Part shown: positions 29,901-41,900 of the stretch, piece after piece
How positions within the stretch are numbered: the stretch's first letter is position 1
How the letters are laid out: every line of letters begins with the position of its first letter
Assembly (NCBI GenBank): GCA_028869495.1
Contig: JAGWRY010000285.1
Coordinates: 1 to 46,354 of the forward strand
DNA: 46,354 nt
Source: Elusimicrobiota bacterium
GTDB lineage: Bacteria; Elusimicrobiota; Elusimicrobia; UBA1565; UBA9628
Direction of reading: 5' to 3'
Program-made: the position numbers and the translations under genes
The notes under the pieces: generated by a model
Database searches by the model: none
The model's input: only the letters and a program-made list of their open reading frames with translations
Told to the model about the DNA's origin: nothing

Positions 29901-32900
29901 CGAGAACAACGCGCACACGTCGCAGGTCGGCTCGGCGATCACGATCACCTGGGACACGACGCCGCCGGCTTCGGCGGTCGTGACGCCCGCGACCGCGACC
30001 TATCGGAACGCTCTGACCCTCTCGACCGGCACGGCGTCCGACCCCGGCGCGAGCGCGTCGGGCGTGGCCGGAACCCAGCTGCAGATCCGCCGCGTCTCCG
30101 ACAACATCTGCTGGAACGGCGGAGCCTGGGCCGCGGCCTGCACCAGCGCCGCGAGCTGGCTGACGCCGGCCGCGGGGACGAGCTGGTCGGTCAACTCCGG
30201 CCTGCCGCCGGTCAACAACCTGACCAGCGGCTTCCAGGACGGCCTGTCCTACGAGTTCACGTCGCGCGCCTACGACTACGCGGCCAACACGCAGACCGCG
30301 CTGACCGCGAACCTCGTGCACATCGACCTGAGCTCGCCGACGGTCGCGATCGGCCTGCCCGCGAACGGCTCGGTCTTCAACAGCCTGCCGACGATCACCG
30401 GGACGGCCGCCGACGCGGCGCCGGGCCAGGTCGCGTTCCCGCAGGTGAGCATCTGCGACATCGTCCTGGCCAAGTGCTGGAACGGCTCGGCCTGGGCCAA
30501 CTCCAGCGTCGACCTCTGGAACGTGAGCCCGGACTCCTCGTCGGCGACCGACGGCAGCGCCTTCATCTGGCACTACGACACGTCCGGCATCGTCTGGCCG
30601 AACCGTCTGAACGGCCTGCGCGTGGACGCGCGCGCGACCGACGCGGCCGGCAACTACACGATGACCTCCTCGACGTTCAGCTTCAGCAACGTCGCGCCGC
30701 AGTCGGAGGTCTCCTACCCGCCGCTCGGCAATCCGACCTACTCGTCGATGACGGCGATCACCGGCACCGCGCTCGACACGGTCCTGCCGGTCACCAGCGT
30801 CGGCATCAAGATGTGGTACCTGAGCGGCGGCACGACCTACTACTGGACGCCGGCGACCCCGCACTGGCAGAACACGGACCCCGGCTTCAGCACGATCAAC
30901 GGCGCGAACGGCCCCGCGGCGACCGTCTTCGGCTGGAGCTACGACTCGGTCCAGATCCCCGACTTCGCGTCGCCGGGCACCGTCAACTATCCGTGGAAGG
31001 ACGGGACCAACGACGGCGCCGACGGCCACGAGTTCCACATCATCACGCAGGCGATCGACACCGCCGGCAACGTCCAGACGGTCTACAGCACGCACACCTT
31101 CGTCTTCGACAACGTGCCGCCGACGTCGGCGCCGACCGCGCCGATCCCGAACGCCGCCTACAACACGCTGACGACCCTGTCGGGCACGATGGCCGACGAC
31201 GTCAGCTCGGTGACCGCCGCCGAGGTCTCGATCGAGGACGTGAGCTCCAATCTCTGGTTCGACGGCTCGTCCTTCGCGTCGGGCGTCGAGAAGTGGCTGC
31301 CGATCCTGCCGTCGAACCTCTACCAGAGCTCGTGGGTGTTCACGAACGGCGCGCTGTCGTGGGCGACCCAGCACCACTACATCGTCATGTCCTCGGCGAC
31401 CGACAGCGTCGGCAACGTGCAGACGGTCGTCGACGCCTCGTCGTTCACGTTCGACACGGACCCGCCGACCTCGCAGGTCACGAACCCGCAGGACCTGCTG
31501 ACCTACACCGACCAGAAGATCCTGCTCGGCAATTCGTCGGACCCCTACGGCGCCAACGGCTCGGGCGTCTACCCCGGCGCGAGCCCGACCTGGCAGGCGG
31601 GCAAGATCGAGGTCGCGGTCTTCCGCGACACCGCGCCTCTGATCTCCGGCGGCCCGATCGCCTACCCGATCTCGGACAACACCGGCTTCTACTGGAACGG
31701 CTCGACCTGGGTCGCGGCCGCGGGCGGCCCGATCTGGGTCCCGGCGACCTTCAACGACGCCTTCGGCAACTGGCAGTACGCGGGCCTGGTCTGCCCGAAC
31801 CCGAACCCGACGAACCAGCCGTGCTGGGTCCACGGCGATCCGAACATCGTCTGGTCGCGCGTGACCGACAACGCCGGCAACCTCCAGAGCGTGATCCAGG
31901 CGGGCCCGCGCTTCTTCATCTCGGGCATCGCGACGCACTTCTCGATCACGGTCAGCTCGGACCCCAGCACCGTCGGCAACCTGGTCCAGGTCACGGTGAC
32001 CGCGCTCGACAGCCAGAACAACGTCGCCTCCAGCTACGGCAGCACGGTCACGTTCGCGATGATCGACGGCACGGGCGGCCCCGAGACCCAGGGCTCGAGC
32101 CAGGTCCCGGATCTGACCCACGGACTGCCCTCGAACTACCAGTTCACGACCGGCGTCGGCGGCGACAACGGCTCGCACACGTTCTCGATCATCCTGCGCA
32201 AGGCGGGCTCGCGCATCCTGCGCGTCCAGGACGCGAGCAATCCGTCCCTGGCCGGCTCGATCAACCTGAACACGCTCAACGCGGCGGCCCAGCAGATCCT
32301 GCTGATCGCCGACACGAACGCGTCCTGCGACGGCGGGAACCAGAAGCCGGGGCCGGGCATCGCGACGAGCCCCGTCGGCCGCATCGGGACCCCCGCCCAG
32401 TACGCGGCGGGCCAGTCGTTCTATTACTGCGCGGAAGTCACCGACGCCTTCTACAACCTCGTGCCCTCTTCGGCGACGACGATCTGGGTCTCCGACGACG
32501 ACCCGAACAACGACTCGCTGAGCCCCGACCACTCGATCGTCTTCACCGGCTCGACGACCTTCACCTGGACCTACGTGACCGCCGACACGACGCCGGGCCA
32601 CACGCTGACCGTCTCGAGCGCGGGCGTGTCGAACCCGGCCGCCTCGCCGGTGCCGATCGTCGGCGCGGCGGCGACTCAGCTGATGGCGCTGCTGCCCGGC
32701 GAGACCGCGGTCCCCGGCAAGTTCGCGGTCCAGCCGTACGGCAAGACCGGGACGCCCAGCCCCGTCGAGGCGGGGCGCAACTACCTCGTCAAGGTCTTCT
32801 CGGTGGACCCCTACTACAACGTGGACCCGACCGTCGCCTGGCCGGTCACCGCGAACGTGAACTCCGACTCGAACACCGTCGTGCCGGCCGGGCAGACCCT

Positions 32901-35900
32901 GTCCGGCGGCGAGGCGGACTTCACCTTCCAGCCGGTGACGGCCGGCACGCAGACGGTCCAGGCCCAGACGACGTCCCTGCTGGGCTCGGCGTCGACCTAC
33001 TACACGCCGAACCCGTTCCAGGTCTGGTGGAGCACGCCGACCAAGCTCCAGCTGATCGTCGCGGGGCAGACGGCCGACCCGGGCCTGGCGCCCTACACGG
33101 CGAACCCGACGACCGGCGGGCGCTCGGTCTCGGCGCCGGCGACGCTGACCGCGGGAGTCACGACGACGATCACCGTGAACCTCGTCGACGACTACTACAA
33201 CGTGACGAAGGGCACGACCCCGTTCGCGACGCAGACCTCGAGCTTCACGATGCCGCTGGTCCAGCTCGACTTCCTGAACGACCCGAACATCCAGGGCCGC
33301 GGCTTCGCGCCCAGCCCGTTCCAGCGCACGCTCAACGCGGGCACGACCGGCTTCTCGTTCTTCGCGGTCACCCGCAACGCGGGCCTCCAGCTGCGCGTCT
33401 CCGACACCGGTCTGACCGGGACGACGTACAGCACGGACACGGTGACCGGCATCCCGGTGATCGCGAACACGCCGGTCGACCTGCTCGCGCGCGTGCCCGG
33501 CGAGACCTACGCCGAGGGCACCGCGGCCGGCAAGACGGGCGCGCCGTCCGTGCTGACGGCCGGCACCTCGTACACGGTCGACGTGCGCGCGGTGGACCTG
33601 TACAACAACCTGGCGCCCGACGGGCGCCAGGTCAAGCTGACCGCCAACGACGTCTACGCGAACGTCCCGCCCGCGCAGGCGCTGGCCCTCGGCCAGACCT
33701 CGTTCTCGAACGACGTCCTGCCCAGCGCCGCGACCGGGAACCTCGTGATCTCGGCGGTCGACAACGACGTGATCACGCCGAAGCTGACGACGTCCGCGGT
33801 CTCGGGGATCACGGTCGTCCCGAACCTCCCCGACCGCATGATCGTCCTGCTGAACGGCCAGTCGCTGGTCCCGGGCAAGGTCGTCGCGCCGTTCGGCGTC
33901 ACCGGCGTGCCGGTCGCCTCGACGGCGGGCGTCACCTTCAACGCGACCGTCTACGCGACCGACCTGCGCTACAACGTCGTCAACACCGTCAACAAGCCGT
34001 CGATCCTGGTCGGCTCGGACGACCCGTTCGCGGGGAGCCTGGGCTCCTTCGCGATGACGAACGGCGCGGCGCCGGCCACGAACCTGGTCCTGCGCACCGC
34101 GGGCACGCGCACGCTGACCGCGGCCGACGGCGGCGGCGCGCCGTCGCTGTCGGCCGGCGCCTCCGGCGGCTTCACGCTGCTGCCGAACAACCCGACGAAG
34201 CTGCGCGTGCTCCTGCCGACGGAGACGGCCGTCGGCGGGTCGACCGGCAACGGCCGTACGGGCTCGGCCTACTCGATCCAGGCCGGCTTCTCGTTCAACG
34301 TCGAGGTGGACCTGGCCGACACGTTCTGGAACCTGACCCCGGGGGCCACGCAGGACGTCACGCTGACCTCCGACGACCCGTACGCGACGATCGTCCCGAC
34401 CTCGCAGGTCGTCTCCGGCTCGGCGACGTTCACGGTGACGCTCAAGCGCGCCGGGACTTCGCACCTGATCGCGCAGATGACGAACCCGCTGTCCCTGCCG
34501 ACGGTCGCCGCCGACACCTCGACGGCGATCACGGTCCAGCCCGGCATCCCGACGCGCCTGCTGACGATCCTGCCCGGCGAGAGCTTCAGCCAGGGCTCGC
34601 CGACCGGCAAGTCCGGCACGCCGAGCGTCCAGACCGCCGGCGCGAACTTCCCGGTCACCGTCGGCGTCGTCGACGCCTACTTCAACCTGGTGCCCGGCCA
34701 CGCGGTCGACGTCCTGCTCGGAACCCCGACCGACCCGTACGCGCCGGCGATCGCGACCGCGCCGGTCAACGTCGGCCTCGGCTACACCGCGCCGATGAAC
34801 GTGACCCTGCTGACCGCGGGCGCGACGCACTACCTGACCGCGCACGACGACAGCGGCTCGGGCCTCGCCGACGACCCGCAGTCGTCGACCTTCACCGTGG
34901 ACGCCGCCGCGCCGGTCGGCCTCCAGCTGGTCCTGCCGGGCGAGACCGCGGTGCCCGGCTCGGGCGACTACCCGAACGGCGGCATCACCGGCTCGGTCTC
35001 GACGCCGACGGCCGGCGTCCCGTTCACCGCGACGATCAACCTCGTCGACAAGTACATGAACGTGTATACGACGCTCGGTCCCAACCCTCCGTCGTACCTC
35101 TACACGAGCGACCCGTACGACATCGACCCCTCGACCGCTTCGCTGATCAACGGCTCCCTGCCGCTGACGGTCACGCTGGTGTCGAAGAGCACGAACACGA
35201 TCCTGCAGGCGCTCCCCGAGGGCGGCGCCCCGGCGGTCTGCACCGGAAACCCGCCGACGAACGCCTGTCTCGCGGAATCACCGGCGGCCGACGCCGGACC
35301 GTTCAAGGTCTACGCGTCGACGGCCGTCGCCCTGCAGATCATCCTGCCCGGCGAGACCCAGCACCCGGGCAAGTGCGCCCAGCCCGCCTGCCGTCCGCTG
35401 GGGCCGACCGAGGGCGCGCCCGGCGTGGACGGCGCGCCGAACTCCTACATCGTCGGCAGTCCGGCGATCACGGCGACCGTCTACCTCGTCGACGCGTACT
35501 TCAACCCGGTCAGCGAGATCCCGCCCGGCCCGAACCAGGACTCGAACCCGGTGGCCGTGATGCCGACCGTCCAGCTCGGTTTCCCGCTGGAGACGAACGT
35601 CTCCTTCTCGACGCCGACCGCGGCGGCGCTGGTCGACGGCTCGCGCCAGTTCACTTTCTCGCCGCTGACCGCGAACGTCCTGTATCACCTGTCCGTGTCG
35701 ACGACCGCGGCCTCGGCGTCGTCGTGGCCGACGTCCTTGTCGAACGACTTCGCGGTCTACCCGGGCGTCGCGCACCACCTGGCTTGGTCGAACCTGCCCT
35801 CGACGGTGACGGCGGGCGTGGCCTTCAGCGGCACGCTGAGCGCCTACGACCAGTTCGGCAACGTCCTGTCGACCGGACCCAACGCCTACTCGCGCAACGT

Positions 35901-38900
35901 CACCTTCACCCAGGTCGCGCCGTCGGCCGACCCGAACCAGGCGCCGGTCTTCAGCCCGACGGACAACCTGACGTTCTCGTCGGCGACCGACGGCGGCGTC
36001 AAGAACCTGCTCAGCTTCGCGACCCTCAAGAACGCGGGCACGGACTACGTGCACGCCGCCGACACTCTGAGCAACGCGGTGAACACGGCGGTGCCGCTCT
36101 ATTCGTCCGACCCGCCGATCCTGGTGAACCCCGGCCCGCCGGACTCGCTGAAGGTGGCTCCGACCAACGACACGGTCGTCTCGGCCGGCTCCTCGCTCTC
36201 GCCGGGCGCGCAGGCGATCACCGGCCAGGTGACCGACGCCTTCGACAACCCGATCACCGCGGGCGCGACGGTCTTCCTGCAGGTCGTCGACACGACCGGC
36301 ACCCCGGGGCATCTCGCGCTCGACTACGGCTCGGGCGCGATCGACGTCGGCGTCTCCACGCAGATCGTCGCCGACTCGCTCGGCCAGATCGGCGGCACGC
36401 CCAAGATCTACTACTACGTCTCGTCGCACGCGGGAGACGTCGCGCGCGTCTGGGCGGGGACGATGACCGCGCCCGGCAACCTGTCGCCCTATATCGCGAC
36501 CCAGAAGGACATCACCGGCGCGCTGACGACGACCGGCGGTCCCGAGAGCCAGATCGTCTTCCTGTCGTCGCCGACCTCGGCGGTCGTCGGCATCGTCAAC
36601 GCCGGCTCGGGCGCGTCGTACGTGATCCAGCGCCTCGACGATTTCGGCAACGTGACGACCCAGTCGCAGACCGACCTGAAGCTCCAGATCGTCCAGACCG
36701 CGGTCCACACGCTGAAGGGCTACGCGCTCGGCACGTTCGGCACCGTCGGCGACTACGGCTTCCGCGACGCGACGAACTCGCAGTTCATCAACGCCGTCTC
36801 GATCCTCAGCGGGCAGAGCCAGGCGGCGTTCCAATATCACGACAAGATGAGTTCGTACTCGGGTCCTTCGCCGTCGTCGAACACGGCCGAGGACGGACGC
36901 CCCGGCTACTGGAGCCTGCAGGTCATCGAGGGCAGCACGACGGTGAAGGCTTCGACTCAGCTGGAGATGGACCCCGACAACGTCATCAAGGTCGACTTCG
37001 GCAATGCGCGCAACGAGGAGACCGCCGGCAAGGTCCTCGATCCGGCCGGCGTCGTCGCGGTCTTCCGCCCGCAGCTCCAGGACGAGTTCAGCAATCCGAC
37101 CGTCGCGACGCAGACGGTGACCGTGACGCTGTCCACGGTCACGCGCTCGGCCTCGCGCGTCAACGACTACGCCGCGTTCTCGCTGTCGAGCGGCGCCTTC
37201 GCGGGCTCGCGCTTCAGCGCGCCGGCCTTCTTCGCGACGACGAACACCGTGACGATCCCGCTCGGCCAGTACCAGACGACGTTCTACTACCTGGACACGA
37301 CGGCGTCCGAGCAGTACGGCTACGCCGGCGGGACGAAGCCGGTCCTCGGCCTGTCGGCGCCCGGCCTGTTCTCGTCCCAGCAGCCGGTCGTGGTCGATCC
37401 GGACCGCATCGACGTCATCGCGGTCTCGACCGGCGCCGGCCAGCAGCTGCAGGCGGGCGTGCCGTCCTCCGTGTTCTCCCTCGAGACGCGCGACGACTAC
37501 GGCAACCCGTCGCCGGTCCTGTCGGGTCAGGACGACTTCGGCCTCGGCTACGTCGAGATGCAGCTGCAGAGCGATTCGTCGGGCCAGGTCCAGTTCTCGA
37601 CGACCACGAACTCTCTGTCCGACTTCGTCAGCACGTCGGCGATCGCCTACCTGCCGATCAACCAGTCGACGACGAACTTCTACCTGATCGACACCCTGCT
37701 GACGAACCCGGGCTCGACCCACACGGTCACCGCCGCCGGGATCACCCAGCCGGGCTGGGCCGTCGCCAGCGCGAGCTACACGGTGATCTCGGGCCCGCCG
37801 GCCCAGATCGGCTGGTCGACGCCGCCGCGCCGCCTGATCGCCGGCACGACGACCCAGTACGTGGCGGGCGTGGCGACCGACACCGTCGTCTCGGCCCAGC
37901 TCCTCGACCAGTACGGCAACGTGACGACCTCGACGAGCCCCTACGTGATCCGTTACACGAGCCTCGGCGACCAGACCTTCGCGGGCATCGACCCGTCGCA
38001 GGTGATCGTCGCGACCGCGCCGTCGTCGTTCTGGCAGGACATCTACACCGGCCATCTCGACGTCGTCATCCCGGGCGGCGCCGGCCTGTCGAAGGCGCCG
38101 ATGTACTTCTGGAGCCGCCTGGCCGGCGGCGCGACGATCTACGCTCAGGCGATCCTCGGCGGCACGAACGTCTTCCCGCAGATCTCGCAGGTGAGCCAGA
38201 TCACGCCGGGCCCGGCCACGTACCTGACGCTGACGCATCCCTACGACGCGAACAACCCGCTCAAGGTCGGCGTTCCGGGCACGATCACGGTCTCCGCGCA
38301 CGACCTGTTCGGCAACATCGCGACCGGCGACCCGCAGAACGGCAACTACTTCACGGACACCGTGGACTTCGGCAGTTCGGGCTCGAGCACGACGGTCACC
38401 CTGCTCGACCTCACGCACTCGACGACCTACCACGTCTTCCTCTCGACCGAGGCGGGCGTGTTCCCGAACCTCGGCGTCGTCGACACCTACCAGGAGGTCC
38501 TGAAGGTCAGCGCGACCGATTACGACAATCCGTCCATCTACGGCTTCACGAACGACGGTTCGCGGACCGGTCTGCCCGCGGCGTCGGTCGACCGCTCGAG
38601 CGGCGACGTCGAGCTGGCCGGCGTCGTCGTGACGCCGGTCGACCTCGCCCCCGAGTCCGACCCGCCGCCGACCGGACCGATCCCGCCGACGAAGATCTCG
38701 TTCGGCGTCACGAAGAAGGTTCTCAACCAGGGCGACGGCATGACGCCGTCCTCGCCGGACCCGATCCCGATGCTCCGTCTCTCGTTGGACATCCAGGCGA
38801 CCAACCCGTCGGCGCTGACCGCGAACCTGCGCTCCCTGCGCGTGCAGAGCCGCCCTGAGGGCAACCTCAACAACACGCACATCGCCGAGCTGGGCCTGTG

Positions 38901-41900
38901 GTACGACTCGAACGGGAACGGCGTGTTCGATCCGCCGCCGTCGGGCGACACGCTGATCGCGACCGGCACCTACGACGGATCCGGCTCCTGGTTCTTCGGC
39001 GACGCGACCTGGGGCGAGACGAACATCGACCTCGCCTACCCGGCCGAGTCCACGCTGACCAGCAGCCCGAAGAACTACTTCCTGACCGTGCGCGTCGCGT
39101 CGACCGGCTACGCGCTCAACGAGCTGCCGGCCAGCTTCGGCCTGATGCTGCCGACGCCGTCGAACATCACGCTGTCGCCCGCGTCGCAGGTCGGCATGGC
39201 GCTGAACAACTTCGCGGTGCAGACGACGACGTCGGACGTCGAGCGCGAGCCCGCGCAGATCAACGTCCTGCCGACCGACATCAACGCCTGGTGGCAGCCG
39301 ACGTCGATGGCTCTGTCGACGTACCCGTACGTGGACCAGGGCGCGGCCGCGGTCGGCGTACTGAAGCTGCAGGTCTGGGCGGACGCCTTCTCGGGCGTGC
39401 TGTCGCAGGTCGTCGTCAACCGCGCGGGCACGGGCCCGGACTCGGACATCAGCCGCGTCCGCCTCTACCTGGACACCCAGCCGAACCAGATCACGGTCCC
39501 CGGCGACGGCCTGTTCGAGCCGGCGATCGACAAGGAGATCGGCGAGGCGACCTTCCCGCCGGGCGACACGCACCAGACGACGGTCGTGATCTCGAGCCCG
39601 ACCGGCGTCAACGGGACGATCACGACCTCGACGAACACCTACTTCCTCGTCTACGACATCGACCCGTCGGCCAACCCGGGAGACACGATCGGCATCAACC
39701 TGTTCGCGTCGAACATCATCCCGCTCTCCGGCAACGGGCAGATCAAGCCGTTCAGCCCGATCGCCTCGACGCAGGTGCCGGTCGAGGCGACGCCCGACCT
39801 CGTCGTGCTGACCGACTGGGACACGCAGGGCACCAGCTCGACGACGGGCCTCGGCGTCAACTCGGTCGCCTCGAAGCTGGTCCAGAACGACAAGAACGAC
39901 GTCGTCGCGAAGCTGACCCTGCGCGCGAACTCGGGCTCGGCGTCGTGGACCGGTCTGAAGCTGGACCGCTGGCTGCCGTCGACCGTGGTCGGCGGCTCGG
40001 GCTCCTACAACCCGCTCGACGCGCAGATCAACAAGGCCTCGGACGTCGACAATATCAAGGTCTGGGTCGACCAGAACGGCGACGGCCTGCTCGACGTCTC
40101 GACCGACGCGCAGGTCAGCCCGCTCAACACGATCGTCCACAACTTCCCGACCGCGCCGCTGTCGGCGCCGCTCTACTCGACCGGGCCGCTGACCGGCGCC
40201 GAGGTCGACGTCACCGGCATCCTGAACATGTTCCCGCCGGACAACCCGATGCCGTCCGACACCTTCAACCGCCTGATCATCAACGACGCCCAGACCGACG
40301 AGCTGCAGAAGGAGGTCGTCTACTGCTACGGCGTGGACCTGACCAACAACAAGTACACGAACTGCAAGCGCGGCCAGGAGGGGACGACGCCGCGGGACTA
40401 CGCGGCCGGCACGATCATCTCGGGTCCCGCGCGCATCCCGATCGAGAGCCTGATCGGCGGGACCGGCCAGGCGATCGGCACGTCGAAGACCGACTACTTC
40501 GTCACCTACGACCTCGACCCGCTGGCGACGGTCTCGAACCAGTCCTTCCTGGGCCTGGCGATCCCGGACACCTCGTACTTCCAGATCATCGCGCCGAAGG
40601 AGCTGTCCACGCAGAACGTCGGTCTGAACCCGATCGGCCTGACCCAGTCCTTCGTCTCGAACCTGTCCGAGTACCCGGACGCGGTGCACGTCGTCTCGAC
40701 CGACACGATCGATCCGTCGGTCGGGCCGTACCTCCAGCAGAAGAGCACGGTCGCGGTCGCGGTCTTGAACCTGCAGACGAACGTCGCCGACGCGCTGATG
40801 CGCTGGATCCTGGTCACCGCGACGGGCACCGCGACGGCCGGCGGCCAGGCGGCGCCCGACGTGGACCAGGTCTCGCTGTGGTACGACGCGACCAACTCGG
40901 GCGTCTTCAACCAGGCCACCGACGTCCTGGTCGGCACCGGCACCTTCGGCGACTACCAGGGCCTGCCGCTCGTCGCGCAGATCAACATGACGACGCCCGT
41001 GCAGATCGTGACCGCGAACCGCGCGACCCAGCCCCAGCGCTACTTCATCGCCTATCACATCTCGCCGACGGCCCTGCCGACCGACCCGATCACCCAGCAG
41101 CCGCGCACGCTGGGCGTCGCGGTGCTCGCCACGTCCCTGCCGCAGAACAGCCCGACGACCGACAACCAGTACCTGAACGCGCTCTCCCTGCCGAACTACT
41201 ACGACCCGACCTCGCCTCTGCCGTACACGTCGAAGATGCGCGCGATCATCCCGGCGCCGCAGCACCTGCAGGTCCAGGCGACGCCCGTCTTCAGCAGCTC
41301 GTCGGGGACCTTCACCGCGCCGATCCTGCTCAACGCGATCCCGACCGAGACCGCGGGCCAGATCGACCCGTTCTGGCTGCTGAGCTCGACGCAGGGCCTG
41401 CCGACGCCGGCGCTCGGCACCACCGACTACCTGCTGATCAACGACGAGATCGTCGGCTACACGGGCTTCGGCGCCGCCCCGGGCACGATCACGGGCGTGA
41501 TCCGCGGCTCGCTGAACACGGTGCCCGCCGCCTACTCGTCGGGCACCTACGTCTCCCCGACGATCTCGCAGGGCGACACCAACATGGCCGTCCTGCGGCT
41601 GAAGCTGTGGAGCACCCAGCCCGACGACGTGACGCCCGGCTTCCAGATCGAGCTGTCCGGCCTGGACCTGAACCGGACTCTGCCGATCGGCATGAACGGC
41701 GACGACGCCGACCTGACGTCGATCAAGATCTACAAGTCGAACGACGGCACGTACCACCGCGACCCGGTCTCCGGCCAGGACGTCAGCGACGTCTTCCTCG
41801 GCGCGTCGACGTTCGGCGCGCCGCCGGAGGCCGCCGGCCGCGTGCTGGTCCCGATCAACGACCCCGGCCTGGGCGCCCCCGGCTACGCGCTGATCACGTC

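Larger units (their letters stand above)
10791..31920 (+). repeat. Array of about 55 Ig-like modules (~125 aa each) with the D-x-A-G-N signature
   Basis: My hand segmentation gives about 55 units. The recurring frame is (F/Y)-x-(Y/F)-D-x-x-x-P-x(5-7)-P..L-x-x-(I/L)-x-G-T-(A/S)-x-D..G-(V/I)..V-x-V..YWNG..W..W-x-Y..Y-x-(V/I)..(R/S)-A-x-D-x-A-G-N. This resembles bacterial Ig-like (Big_3-type) adhesin modules. Boundaries are approximate. Confidence 0.75.

Noticed and set aside
23709-38858. 5,049-aa ORF on the plus strand in another frame. Similar ORFs lie at 38898-45857, 16146-18455, 18912-21200, 21204-23354, 13491-15974, 1088-3196 and 5022-6365.
   Set aside because: It is offset by +2 from the giant ORF frame ((23709-8668) mod 3 = 2). 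A stop in that frame needs a T at the sense third position, which is rare here. The composition is Arg/Gly/Pro/Asp-rich nonsense. I read it as a by-product of codon bias and not as an overlapping gene.
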